A stretch of 64,000 nucleotides of DNA from a virus: positions 1 to 64,000 of IMG/VR virus record IMGVR_UViG_3300035694_000001; one strand, written 5' to 3'. Position numbers and translations under genes: made by a program. Shown here in pieces: positions 1-9,496 of this stretch. How positions within the stretch are numbered: position 1 is the first letter of the stretch; every line of letters starts with the position of its first letter. Below the pieces are notes generated by a model that saw only the letters and a list, made by a program, of their open reading frames with translations, made no database searches and was not told the DNA's origin.

Positions 1-609
1 CAACGGAGCGGCGGTCTTGGTGGCCTCATATGCCGCTTTCCTGGCCGCGCGATCAGCTTCTTCATTCATGATCCGCCGGACAACCTCGGCCTGACGCTCG
101 CTGAGTGGCTTCTGAGACCTGACCACATCGGCCATGCCAGAGATGAAATCGCTGGAATAGTCGCCGAGAAGGTTGTTTAGGTAGTTGGCAATATCCTGGT
201 TGCCCTCTTCGAGCCATGCAGCGAAGATCTTGGCCTTCCGGGATTCCTTCTGAGCTTGACGAGTTTCACGCTGCTTCGCTAGCCGGTCTTGATGAGCACG
301 CAGGGAGGCCACAGCCGACTCAAGCTCAAGCCGGGTTGCTGTGGTGCCCCAGCCGGCTCCGTGGTTCGCTCCGCCACACGCACAAGAACAATTAGGCCCC
401 GTGGCGCCCATGCATCGCGAATCGCAGCTTTCCGTGGTGGTCACAGCAGCTAGGCGGTCAACGATAATCGTGTGGCTGCAGCCACCTGGGCACATCACAC
501 ATTGCTGCTGGCTAGTGGCCTTTTCACCTAGGTCGACCCGGTACGGCCGGTCACAGGTGGCACAGCTTCCGAGGTAGAGGTTGGTGCTGGCGATGTACGT
601 GTCAATCAT
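1..609 (-). CDS. Cys-rich phage protein, partial (runs off window start)
   Basis: Translated by hand: AGGGAG RBS, then MIDTYIASTNLYLGSCATCDRPYR...CDSRCMGATGPNCSCACGGANHG..., open to position 1; not in the ORF track. Confidence 0.75.
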   Translation of the reverse strand, partial: MIDTYIASTNLYLGSCATCDRPYRVDLGEKATSQQQCVMCPGGCSHTIIVDRLAAVTTTESCDSRCMGATGPNCSCACGGANHGAGWGTTATRLELESAVASLRAHQDRLAKQRETRQAQKESRKAKIFAAWLEEGNQDIANYLNNLLGDYSSDFISGMADVVRSQKPLSERQAEVVRRIMNEEADRAARKAAYEATKTAAPL

Positions 610-647
610 GATGACTCCCTAGCTCGCTGCTGTGTGCCTGACACTTA

Positions 648-677
648 GTATATAGGATCCTAGTATCCCAGCGTTAC
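648..677 (-). promoter_or_regulatory. Leftward promoter of the repeated GTAAC-N-GGAT(G/A)C-TAGGAT-CC(G/T)ATATA family
   Basis: Minus strand GTAACGCTGGGATACTAGGATCCTATATAC upstream of the 609 start; similar motif at 7 other sites. Confidence 0.65.
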
Positions 678-695
678 CCCGGGAGGTTACGCCAT

Positions 696-1067
696 ATGGG
701 TGAACTGCTGCGGTCTGGGTGTAGTCCGATCTTCTGTAGCCCAGACGGGCCAGGCCAGCCGTTCGGTACTTGGTACTTGGCAATTTTCGATGCCATCCGG
801 CTGGTTGTTATTTTCGCAGCACTAGGTGTGGTGACGGCAACAGGCACAGCGTGGGCGCGCTCGGTATCGCACGGTGGCCAGCGAGATCGGTATCTAGCTC
901 TGGCTTTCTTCTCGGCGGTGGTCGCAGGCACTGAAGTTGAGAATATGGGTAACTACGCATCGTACCGTCTTGTATTGTCAACAATAGGGGTTGCTTTAGC
1001 TATCCGGGGTTTATGGAGGTTTCGCCATGAGCAGCCGTCTGAGCCGGAAGGTTTGATTGATGGATGA
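696..1067 (+). CDS. Membrane protein (about 3 TM segments)
   Basis: GGAGG RBS; hydrophobic segments. Confidence 0.65.
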   Translation: MGELLRSGCSPIFCSPDGPGQPFGTWYLAIFDAIRLVVIFAALGVVTATGTAWARSVSHGGQRDRYLALAFFSAVVAGTEVENMGNYASYRLVLSTIGVALAIRGLWRFRHEQPSEPEGLIDG

Positions 1068-1251
1068 CATGCGTTCGCTCGCTGAAGAGTTTATTAACGA
1101 GCTGCGAGAACTAGTGCAGCCGCCCAAACACAAGAAGCTGCGTGTTGGTCGGTTACTTGCTCTCGTTGCTGGTCTAGCCGTGGCGGCAGCAGTCGCTCTT
1201 GTTGCGCGGGAATGCCAGAAAGTGCCCAGCTTTGATCCCTTGGATGATTGA
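1057..1251 (+). CDS. Small membrane protein
   Basis: Overlapping start/stop with neighbours; one hydrophobic helix. Confidence 0.55.
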   Translation: MMDDMRSLAEEFINELRELVQPPKHKKLRVGRLLALVAGLAVAAAVALVARECQKVPSFDPLDD

Positions 1252-1550
1252 TGCCGGGCGGCTGGGCGGGCAGCGACCGCTCAGCGCGCCTACCGGCCAA
1301 CTGGCCCCAGCTATGTGCCCAGGTACGCCGGAGGGATGGTGACCTGTGTTGGTGGTGTGGCAAGGGCGGGGCGGTACCAGGCAAGAGCCAGGTAGACCAC
1401 AAACACAGAGGCGATGATCACCGCCTGAGCAACCTCGGCCTTATCCATACCACTCCATGCCATGCCCAGAAGTCCAGCGCAGAGGGCAACCAGGAACGGT
1501 GGCGGCATCGTATGGCACGGCCGGCGGAGAAGCATCCGGGATACCTGTAG
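1248..1550 (+). CDS. Packaging-associated HNH endonuclease (HK97 gp74-like)
   Basis: RLPANW...VRRRDGDLCWWC...VDH...DDH.LSNL...CHAQKS; lies just upstream of the terminase genes. Confidence 0.85.
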   Translation: MMPGGWAGSDRSARLPANWPQLCAQVRRRDGDLCWWCGKGGAVPGKSQVDHKHRGDDHRLSNLGLIHTTPCHAQKSSAEGNQERWRHRMARPAEKHPGYL

Positions 1551-1704
1551 CGCGCACTCGGATGGTGGGGAGTGGCAAGTAGAGCCCGTAGTAAGGCCCC
1601 TTGGTAGGTAGGCCAGCGAGCCGGCGACTTGGCCACCCAACGTGGGGATTCTCCACGGTTTCGTTACTGTGAATCGCAGCCGAAATTCATAGGGAATTGA
1701 TGGC

Positions 1705-1720
1705 CTGTCTAGCTTGACAG
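1705..1720. promoter_or_regulatory. 16-bp palindromic operator CTGTC-N-AGCT-N-GACAG
   Basis: CTGTCTAGCTTGACAG; same motif at 43463, 48197, 53572. Confidence 0.65.
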
Positions 1721-1902
1721 GTGATAGCCGGGGGTGTACCCTGCCGCGCCTTTACCCGGCACCGGGAGGTACTGCGCTTAGCTGCCCACGCGATCCACCG
1801 GGTAAATGATCTTGGGATCTGGTGGTAGGGTTCGCGAACAAGAAAGGCCCCAAGCCGGTGGCTGCCAGCCTGGGGCGTGTCAACCTGTAAGGGCAGGTCA
1901 AC

Positions 1903-2688
1903 ATGTCTGATCGTACATGCTCGGTAGTGGGTTGTTTTAGGCGCCAAGTGGCACACACGCGGTGTGACCCTCACTACCGCGAGGCGTTAGTTGCTGGCGA
2001 TGTAGTGCGCCTAGTTCCGCGATCTTCTTGCGCGGGGTGCCGTACGAAGCTACCCAATGGGGGCAGTCCCCAGCGTAAGTGGTGCTCTGTGGCTTGCTGT
2101 GAGCGTACGAAACGGCACGGCACAGGCATCTTGCCAGAGAAAACCTGTGAGTGGTGTGATAAGACTTTTATACACCGGATATCAACAACTCGGTATTGCA
2201 CTAAACAATGCGGCTGGCTGCATCGGTCAGCAAAAATGCCTAAGCAGCCCACTCCTGAACCTAGGATGTGCCCAGAGTGTGGCACAGTATTCACACCACG
2301 ACCTAATAAGGCAGCTAAGGCTAAATGGTGCTCCCAAGCTTGTGTGCAGCGGGACGTCAAGCGCCGGCATCGTGCGCGGCTAGTAGCGGCGACTGTTGAG
2401 CCCATCAACCCACAGCTCGTGTTTGAGCGCGATAACTGGATTTGCCAGCTTTGCGAGAGGCCGATTGACCAGGTAGCGAAAGCACCACACTCATGGTCAC
2501 GAAGCATAGACCATATCACACCCCTGTCTCAAGGCGGGGCACACACAGACAGCAATTTGCAGGCTGCCCATTTTCGTTGCAACCAGCTTAAAAGTAACTA
2601 CGAGGAGGCGATATGGCGGGACAGGGTAGGGCGCCTAAGCCTGTGCGTGCCCGGCGCAATGATACCGCTCGCCGAGATGCCGAGATGA
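1903..2688 (+). CDS. Free-standing HNH homing endonuclease with N-terminal Zn-ribbon repeats
   Basis: Multiple CxxC/CSxxC motifs; C-terminal RDNWICQLC...IDHITPLSQGGAHTDSNLQAAHFRCNQLK. Confidence 0.9.
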   Translation: MSDRTCSVVGCFRRQVAHTRCDPHYREALVAGDVVRLVPRSSCAGCRTKLPNGGSPQRKWCSVACCERTKRHGTGILPEKTCEWCDKTFIHRISTTRYCTKQCGWLHRSAKMPKQPTPEPRMCPECGTVFTPRPNKAAKAKWCSQACVQRDVKRRHRARLVAATVEPINPQLVFERDNWICQLCERPIDQVAKAPHSWSRSIDHITPLSQGGAHTDSNLQAAHFRCNQLKSNYEEAIWRDRVGRLSLCVPGAMIPLAEMPR

Positions 2689-3071
2689 CTGAGGTTGAGT
2701 ATGACGGTGAGTTACATGGGCCTGAATTGCCTGTAGGCGTTTTGCCCGATGGCGCGGATTGGCATCCCCAAACCAAAGCTTTGTGGGACTCGTTAAGAGA
2801 GATGCCGTTGCTTAAGAACGAGCCTTCTCTTGGATGGCAGTTTTTAATGGACACAATGCTTATGCATACCGTCATGTGGTCAAAGGGAAGATGGGAATTT
2901 GCATCAGAAGTAAGATTGCGTTTAGCGAAGTACGGAGCGACACCGGAAGATCGCATGCGGCTGAAGATCAAGGTTGCGACGCCGGCTGATGAAGCTAAGC
3001 GGCCAGCCGCAGCGGGACAGGGCTCAGTCTCGGATATCGCCAGCCGGCGAGCCCGGCTGTCGGGCTCCTAG
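2613..3071 (+). CDS. terS: Terminase small subunit
   Basis: MAGQGRAPKP start; W...W; ELRLR.AKYGATPEDRMRLKI-like actinophage TerS motif; upstream of terL. Confidence 0.85.
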   Translation: MAGQGRAPKPVRARRNDTARRDAEMTEVEYDGELHGPELPVGVLPDGADWHPQTKALWDSLREMPLLKNEPSLGWQFLMDTMLMHTVMWSKGRWEFASEVRLRLAKYGATPEDRMRLKIKVATPADEAKRPAAAGQGSVSDIASRRARLSGS

Positions 3072-3290
3072 GACCGTTCCGATGGCCCAGGCGGCGCGCT
3101 CAGAGCTAAAGCGGGATTGCCTGCACTCGGTCCACACGCCGTCCAGCCGCCAGCCCTCGGCAAGCTCAATCTCGCCGCGCTCGACGGCACGGAGGACGTG
3201 AGATCGCAGCATGGCTTCGATCACGGGCGGGTCATCGAGAACGCAGAGCGGCACGAGGCAGGCGAATCGCAGAGGTTCCAAGGTGGTCAT
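3024..3290 (-). CDS. Hypothetical protein (leftward insert between terS and terL)
   Basis: ORF in a chain of overlapping leftward ORFs. Confidence 0.45.
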   Translation of the reverse strand: MTTLEPLRFACLVPLCVLDDPPVIEAMLRSHVLRAVERGEIELAEGWRLDGVWTECRQSRFSSERAAWAIGTVLGARQPGSPAGDIRD

Positions 3291-3381
3291 CCCAGCGCCA
3301 CGGCCAGGTAGATGGCGGCCAGCAGCAAGAAGCTCAGGCCTACGAGCATGGCCCAGGCGTAGGCGAGGGCCCGCAGCCAGG

Positions 3382-3834
3382 TCATCGACGCTTGCCCAGC
3401 GGCGACGGCACGGCGTTCTCGGCGAAGTCGGGCAGGCTTACCCAGCGGTCGCCGGATGACCCAGCGAGCCACACAGAGCCCGCTGTGCCGTTCTCCGGCC
3501 CTCTGGTCTCCTGCACGGTCACCACTTCACGGCCCCAGGGGTTGCCGAGATCCCACTCCCAGATAGAGCCGACTGCAGGCATGGCGTAGCTCGTGGGTTC
3601 GCTCACGTCCGACACCGTAGGCCATTCCCAGCCGGCGACGTCGCGCAACCAAACGCGGTCTTCCGGGGTCAGTGCCTCTAGTGCGGCAATCTCAGCTTTG
3701 ACCTCGGCCACCTTAGTTTGTATTTCATCGATCTTGGTATTTACTCGGCGAGTATCGCATGCAACGGATACCCGACAGGTAATTACCAATATAATGATCC
3801 AGCCGGCTACAGCTACTACGATGTACCAGGTCAT
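3382..3834 (-). CDS. Membrane-anchored hypothetical protein
   Basis: AGGAG RBS; N-terminal TM segment then coiled coil. Confidence 0.6.
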   Translation of the reverse strand: MTWYIVVAVAGWIIILVITCRVSVACDTRRVNTKIDEIQTKVAEVKAEIAALEALTPEDRVWLRDVAGWEWPTVSDVSEPTSYAMPAVGSIWEWDLGNPWGREVVTVQETRGPENGTAGSVWLAGSSGDRWVSLPDFAENAVPSPLGKRR

Positions 3835-3866
3835 AAACAGTATTTTACTCCTAGCGAGGTGACGCC

Positions 3867-5528
3867 ATGCCGCGCCGCCTCGTGCAAGCTAAATACCATG
3901 ATCGTAATCGCAGCCTTGGATGGTTACTGCTGGCATGGATGGAGTATTTTACGGTCCACGGCCCAGGGGATGTTCAGGGCGACCCTGTACGGCACGGTGA
4001 CGAAGTATCGAGCTTTATCGTTGATTGCTACGCACTCGATGAAGTCGGTCGTCGACTATATGACTCGGCGTTTTTCTCGAGGCCGAAGGGTTGTGATAAG
4101 TCAGGGCTTGGTGGTCGAGAAGGGCTCACGGAAGCTCTGGCGCCTTGCAGGTTCGATGGCTTTGCCCTCGGCGGTGAGGTTTATCAAGATCCTTGGGGTT
4201 TAGGTTTTGTCTACGAGTATCAACCTGGTGAGCCGATGGGCCGGCCAGTCAAGGTTCCGTACATCCGCTGCATGGCTACTGAAGAAGGCCAGACCGGACT
4301 GGTGTACGACACGATATACTTTAACTTGACAGACGGGCCGTTATCTGAGGTAACGGGCATAGATCCGGGCCTCACTCGGGTACTTTTGCCAGGTGGTGGT
4401 GAGATTACTCCATCTACTGCCTCCTCGGCCGCAAAAGATGGCGGCAAAGAGACTTTCGTTATTTTCGATGAAACGCATCTGTACAACACACCTGACCTTC
4501 GGCGCATGTACTCGACGGTTACCCGGAATCTTCGCAAGCGCAAGCTGATTGCGGGCACCTGGTACCTCGAAACAACTACGATGTTCGCTCCTGGCGAGGA
4601 CTCGGTAGCCGAGGGGACTTATCGGCTGTCTGAGGCTATTGAGGCCGGCAAGACGCGGCGAGAGAGGTTGCTCGTTGATCACCGCTGGGGAGAATGCGAC
4701 AAGACCGAGAATGAAGCTGAGTTGCGAACCGCCATCGCTGAAGCTTATGGCGACGCAATGGCATGGAATGATCTTGACGGACTCGTTGATGAATTCTACG
4801 ATCCCCGAACCCACATCACAGATTCACGCCGCTATTTTCTCAACGCTGAGACTGAGACCTCTGATGCATGGGTAGCGGCTCGTGAGTGGGATCCGTGCGC
4901 TAATCCATTAGCGGTCCTTGCTGACGGCGACATGATTGCCCTCGGTTTCGATGGTTCGGTTAACGATGATGCTACCGCGCTTGTCGCGTGCCGAATTGAT
5001 GACGGTCATCTCACGCTGCTGGCCTGTGAGGAAAAACCACCAGATGCGGGGAAAGAGTGGCAAGTAGATCAGGTAGCTATAGACGCAGCAGTTGCCCAAG
5101 CTTTTGAAAAATATGAAGTAGTAGCCTTTTTCGCAGATCCTCCACATTGGCAGGATTATGTGGATAAATGGACAGCTGAGTTTTCGGGACAGCTTGAAGT
5201 AAGAGCCACACAAACACATCCTATCGAGTGGTGGACGAACCGCCCGGCAATTATGGTCAAGACCTTGGAACGCCTCCGTGAAGCGGTTGCGGCTCGACGG
5301 CTCACCCATGATGGCTCTACTATCTTTCGTCGGCACGTGCTCAACGCTCGGCGTCGGACGTCTCGCTCAGGCATCACGATTAGCAAAGAATACCCCAACT
5401 CGCCGAAAAAAATAGACTCGGCTATGGCCGCCACTCTTGCTTATGAGGCTCGTGCTGACGCAATCGCGGCCGGTGTGTTAACTCGGCGACAGAACAAGTC
5501 TCGATCCAAGAGATTGGTTCGGTTCTAG
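3867..5528 (+). CDS. terL: Terminase large subunit
   Basis: SRPKGCDKSG Walker A variant; FVIFDETHLY Walker B; LGFDGSVNDDATAL nuclease motif; KKIDSAMA. Confidence 0.97.
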   Translation: MPRRLVQAKYHDRNRSLGWLLLAWMEYFTVHGPGDVQGDPVRHGDEVSSFIVDCYALDEVGRRLYDSAFFSRPKGCDKSGLGGREGLTEALAPCRFDGFALGGEVYQDPWGLGFVYEYQPGEPMGRPVKVPYIRCMATEEGQTGLVYDTIYFNLTDGPLSEVTGIDPGLTRVLLPGGGEITPSTASSAAKDGGKETFVIFDETHLYNTPDLRRMYSTVTRNLRKRKLIAGTWYLETTTMFAPGEDSVAEGTYRLSEAIEAGKTRRERLLVDHRWGECDKTENEAELRTAIAEAYGDAMAWNDLDGLVDEFYDPRTHITDSRRYFLNAETETSDAWVAAREWDPCANPLAVLADGDMIALGFDGSVNDDATALVACRIDDGHLTLLACEEKPPDAGKEWQVDQVAIDAAVAQAFEKYEVVAFFADPPHWQDYVDKWTAEFSGQLEVRATQTHPIEWWTNRPAIMVKTLERLREAVAARRLTHDGSTIFRRHVLNARRRTSRSGITISKEYPNSPKKIDSAMAATLAYEARADAIAAGVLTRRQNKSRSKRLVRF

Positions 5529-5533
5529 GAGGC

Positions 5534-5839
5534 TTGATGATGCCTCAGCACGCACGCCTCGCATCAACTATTTCAGAACGCCTAGACCAAGTGGAGCTAG
5601 ATATGTCTGCGGTGCATGACGCAATTGCCCGGCTGTCCGACCGGCTGGATTTGGTAGAGCAGGCTGTAAAGGATCGGGAGCAGTCGCATGTTGATGCGAT
5701 CTCGGCTCAGGTCGATCGGGCTGACCAGATGCTTGCGCTTCTTCGTGACGAAAGTGCAGCTCAGTCCGCAGTGACAGAGCACCCGGCTGATGTTGAGTCG
5801 TCTGAGCCGACCTCGCACGATTCTGGGTTGCTGAGTTAA
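5534..5839 (+). CDS. Coiled-coil hypothetical protein
   Basis: AGGAGG RBS; heptad pattern. Confidence 0.6.
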   Translation: MMMPQHARLASTISERLDQVELDMSAVHDAIARLSDRLDLVEQAVKDREQSHVDAISAQVDRADQMLALLRDESAAQSAVTEHPADVESSEPTSHDSGLLS

Positions 5840-5970
5840 AACACACTCACTGCCCACAAGTACAGCTGGTAAGCCAGCCCCACAGGAATAGCAACAAGCA
5901 GTGGCACAACAAATACCAGGGCTACGCCTTTCTTAAACTCGCGCTCAGCGCGGTGCAATGAGTGTTTCAT
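5836..5970 (-). CDS. 44-aa membrane peptide, probably leaderless
   Basis: MKHSLHRAEREFKKGVALVFVVPLLVAIPVGLAYQLYLWAVSVF; directly after a degenerate copy of the leftward promoter (5976-6006). Confidence 0.5.
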   Translation of the reverse strand: MKHSLHRAEREFKKGVALVFVVPLLVAIPVGLAYQLYLWAVSVF

Positions 5971-6016
5971 ACTGGGTGTATCGCCTGCGAGCATCCCAAC
6001 GTTACAGGGGGTTGGT

Positions 6017-7468
6017 GTGCTCGATTACGCAGCTCAGCCGAATACCCCTGACTGGTGGCTCCTGCGTCTCGGGAAGAAGCTAGAAACCGACCGTCATAGG
6101 CTTGATGCGCTTGACGCTTATTGGCGGGGCAACCACCCGGTGCCGTTCGGTAATCAAAAAATGAGAGAGGCCTACCGCAAATTCCAGAAGCAAAGCAAGA
6201 CCAATTTCTGCAAGCTGGTAGCGGAGTCGGTAGTTGAGCGGCTCAAAGTGACGGGTTTCCGAACTGGCGGAGATGGGTCTGAGACGCTTGATAAGACGGC
6301 CTGGGGTTGGTGGCAAGCTAACCACCTAGACGCGGATAGTGGTTTAGTGCACCGTGCTGCTATTGTCATGAGTCGTGCGTATGTCATCGTTGGCCCGCAC
6401 CCAACACAAGAAGGTTTGCCGCTGGTAACGGGCGAAGATCCCCGGCAAGTTATACACGAGGCGGCCCCGGACAATCGTCGTCGCCGCCTAGCAGCGCTGA
6501 AGACATGGTGGGATGACATCACAGGGCGGCAGCTGGCTGTGCTGTACCTGCCGGATTCGATTTATTATTACCGTAGCGCGGAGAAGACAGCTGAGCCCGT
6601 AGAGGGTATTTTCCGATCAGCCGGTAAATGGGAAGTTGACGATTCCGAGGAAGAGACCGGCTCAGTTGATAACCCGCTTGGTGAAGTTCCGGTAGTTCCG
6701 TTTTTGAATTGCCCGGATCTAGGAGGTAACACCCTCGGCGAGTTCGAGGACGTTCTTCCTATTCAAGATCGCATTAACACAGAGGTGCTTGATCGCATGG
6801 TGATTAGCGCCATGCAGGCTTACCGGCAACGGTGGGCGATTGGTGTTGATCTCACAGATGAGAACGGCAACCCCACTGGCGGTTTTGATCCGGGTGCTGA
6901 TTTGCTGTGGAACGTCTCGGATGAAAATGCTAAATTCGGAGAATTTCAACCCGTTGACCTAGTTGGGGTGCTGAAAGCAGTAGAAGCGGATGTAATGCAC
7001 TTTGGTGCGATCACCCGGACTCCACCCCATTATCTGCTGGGCTCTATGGTGAACATCTCGGGTGATGCGTTGGCAGCGGCTGAGACAGGCTTGACCTCTA
7101 AGGTTATCGAACGATCACAAGAATTTGGCGAATCGTGGGAGTTGGTTTATCAGCTTGCTGGTCGAGTTATGGGAACTGAAGTTCCTGATGACTGTGAGGT
7201 CATTTGGGCTAATCCGCAGTTTAGAACGTTGACTGAGATGGCCGCAGCCAGTGTTCAGCTCATGACAGCCGGCGTGCCGTGGCGTACGCGCATGGCCGAG
7301 CTGGATTACACCCCTTCCCAGATCGAGCGCATGCAGAGCGAGAGGGCCTCAGACGCCCTCTTGTCGGCCGCCCTGGCGCCTCAGGTGCCTACTCCCTCTT
7401 CAGTGCCTGGGGCGCCGGGCGGCGCGGCGGCGCCCGCCTCGGCGGCAGCGCGTGCTTTGGGAGGCTGA
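6017..7468 (+). CDS. Portal protein (SPP1 gp6-like)
   Basis: YWRG.HP, NFCKLVAESVVERL, W.ANHLD, NPLGEVPVVPF, TRTPPHYLLG; follows terL. Confidence 0.95.
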   Translation: MLDYAAQPNTPDWWLLRLGKKLETDRHRLDALDAYWRGNHPVPFGNQKMREAYRKFQKQSKTNFCKLVAESVVERLKVTGFRTGGDGSETLDKTAWGWWQANHLDADSGLVHRAAIVMSRAYVIVGPHPTQEGLPLVTGEDPRQVIHEAAPDNRRRRLAALKTWWDDITGRQLAVLYLPDSIYYYRSAEKTAEPVEGIFRSAGKWEVDDSEEETGSVDNPLGEVPVVPFLNCPDLGGNTLGEFEDVLPIQDRINTEVLDRMVISAMQAYRQRWAIGVDLTDENGNPTGGFDPGADLLWNVSDENAKFGEFQPVDLVGVLKAVEADVMHFGAITRTPPHYLLGSMVNISGDALAAAETGLTSKVIERSQEFGESWELVYQLAGRVMGTEVPDDCEVIWANPQFRTLTEMAAASVQLMTAGVPWRTRMAELDYTPSQIERMQSERASDALLSAALAPQVPTPSSVPGAPGGAAAPASAAARALGG

Positions 7469-7471
7469 GCG

Positions 7472-8302
7472 GTGACGGCCCCTAGCCCACAAGCTCAAGC
7501 CAGCGCAGCCGCGATGTTGGCCGCCTACTTGGCTGCGACCTCGGTGCTGCGGGCCCGGCTGCTGGACTTCGTAGCCGCCAGCTACGCCGGGCAAGGTGAC
7601 TACCGCGACGCAGCCGCTGCCGCGTTCGTCGCACAGACGGTGCCGGCGGTGCAGGCCGCTCAGCAGACCATGGCCAGCCTCACGAGTGCCTACCTGGCGC
7701 ACATGATCGCATCAACGGCTGGTGGCAGCTCAGCGCCGATAGGTGTGTCTGCTGATGTGCTGAGCACTCTGCGTGGTGTCGATCCGGCTGAGGTCTATCG
7801 GCGGCCTTATGTGCAGGTGTGGACGGACCTAGCTCAGGGCAAGGACTTCCCTGCTGCTGTGGCGGCTGGCGGCCGGCGTGCTGCCAGCTTGGCGGCTACC
7901 GACCTGCAGATGGCCAAGACCAAAGCAGCTCAGGTGGTGATGCAACATGACGGACGCGTTACTGGTTATCGTCGCGTACTTGTTGGTGCGCATTCTTGCG
8001 CTCTTTGTGTCCTAGCTTCTACACGCTGGTACAGCCGGGGTGACTTATCTCCAATCCATCCCGCGTGTGATTGCGCGGTAGAACCATTATTCGGCGGCGC
8101 TCAGCCAGATGAAATACCGGCCGCTGAGTTGCACGCGATTGTTTCTCGGGATTTGGGGGCTAATTATGTGTCAGCTTCAGGTGCGCAAGGTCCGGTGAAC
8201 TACCGAGACATTGTGATTACTCATGATCACGGAGAATTAGGTCCGGTGCTAGGTGTGCGTGGCCAGCATTTTACGGGGCCTTCAGATATCCCAGGAGGGT
8301 AA
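7472..8302 (+). CDS. Head morphogenesis / MuF-like minor capsid protein
   Basis: GYRRVLVGAHSCALCVLASTR...PIHPACDCAVEP; follows portal. Confidence 0.85.
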   Translation: MTAPSPQAQASAAAMLAAYLAATSVLRARLLDFVAASYAGQGDYRDAAAAAFVAQTVPAVQAAQQTMASLTSAYLAHMIASTAGGSSAPIGVSADVLSTLRGVDPAEVYRRPYVQVWTDLAQGKDFPAAVAAGGRRAASLAATDLQMAKTKAAQVVMQHDGRVTGYRRVLVGAHSCALCVLASTRWYSRGDLSPIHPACDCAVEPLFGGAQPDEIPAAELHAIVSRDLGANYVSASGAQGPVNYRDIVITHDHGELGPVLGVRGQHFTGPSDIPGG

Positions 8303-8305
8303 GTA

Positions 8306-8551
8306 ATGGGTAATTACAACACGGCGCAACGAGTCGCATTGCTTAAACAAGGTAAAGCTTTGCCGCCCGTGGGGGATGGCCCACCACGATTCCCGATCGA
8401 TGACGGGTCAGATGTCGATAGTGCGATACATCTGGCCAAAACCAACGAAGAGCGAGCCCACATTTATAAGCAAGCTAAGCGGCTCGGCCAGCTGGGCAAG
8501 ATTCCGGCTAACTGGAAGCCTGACGGCACAATGCGAGGGGATGGGGCATGA
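8306..8551 (+). CDS. Small head-region protein (DUF6582-like domain)
   Basis: GKALP...RFPIDD..DV.SAI...HIYKQAKRLG...IP.NW. Confidence 0.6.
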   Translation: MGNYNTAQRVALLKQGKALPPVGDGPPRFPIDDGSDVDSAIHLAKTNEERAHIYKQAKRLGQLGKIPANWKPDGTMRGDGA

Positions 8552-8787
8552 CGGAGGCTGCCAAGCTGAATCGTTTGCAGATTATATGGCTTGATCGGAA
8601 CTACTACATTCGGAAACGACGCGAGAAGATTGTACGTTGGGTTGCTTGGCACCTTCCACATGAACTAGTGACGTGGTGTTATTTTCGGGTGGCGGCTCAC
8701 GCAACGGGTATGCAATACCCGACATCGAACGCTTGCGATGTTCTCATGATGGACGCTATCAAGCGGTGGGATACTGCGAAAAAGTGA
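8548..8787 (+). CDS. Hypothetical protein
   Basis: ATGA coupling to the upstream gene. Confidence 0.6.
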   Translation: MTEAAKLNRLQIIWLDRNYYIRKRREKIVRWVAWHLPHELVTWCYFRVAAHATGMQYPTSNACDVLMMDAIKRWDTAKK

Positions 8788-8871
8788 CTTCTCTGCAATT
8801 CGGCAGAGCTGCGTGACGGCCACGCTCAAGAGCCGGCATTGTCGACGGACATAAAACGGAGAGGTTGAATC

Positions 8872-9447
8872 ATGGCTGACGAAGACACCAACAATGACGC
8901 CGAGGGCGGGCAAGACCAGCAGGATCCGTTAATTGGTGGGCATGATAAGCAGGGGCCGGCCGACACCAGCCGCCAAGACCATGAGGAAGATGTCAAACAA
9001 GAAGCCGAGGATAAAGGTAAGACACTTTCTCAAGCCGAGGTAGACAAGATTGTCGCTGAGCGCGTCGCGCGAGAGCGTAAGAAGTTCGCAGATTACGAGG
9101 ATCTGAAGAAGAAAGCCTCGGAGTACGACAAGTTCCAAGATAGTCAGAAGACTGAGCTGCAGAAGAAAGAAGATCAGATAGCGGCTCAAGCTATCGAACT
9201 GCAGAAATACAAGGTATCTGAAATCCGGCAAGCTGCGGCGAAGGCTGCTGGGCTTGATTCTGATTTGGCTGAGTTCATTACTGCAGCCGATCCGGGAGAA
9301 GCGGAAGAGCAGGCAAAGAAACTAGCTGAGCGGTTCAAAGCTTCAGCGAAGCAGCCTGACTTCAAACAAGGCGCCCGGCAGACTCCTCCTCCGCAGCGTT
9401 CTCGGGATGAATTGCTGCGCAATTTGGCGGGTTTCAGCAAACAGTAA
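8872..9447 (+). CDS. Capsid scaffolding protein
   Basis: Acidic N-terminus; TLSQAEVDKIVAERVARERKKFADYEDLKKKA; upstream of MCP. Confidence 0.92.
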   Translation: MADEDTNNDAEGGQDQQDPLIGGHDKQGPADTSRQDHEEDVKQEAEDKGKTLSQAEVDKIVAERVARERKKFADYEDLKKKASEYDKFQDSQKTELQKKEDQIAAQAIELQKYKVSEIRQAAAKAAGLDSDLAEFITAADPGEAEEQAKKLAERFKASAKQPDFKQGARQTPPPQRSRDELLRNLAGFSKQ

Positions 9448-9496
9448 TCACAGGGCGTGCTAGCCCTGCCTTTCAGTGTAAGGAGATAGGGTCAGC

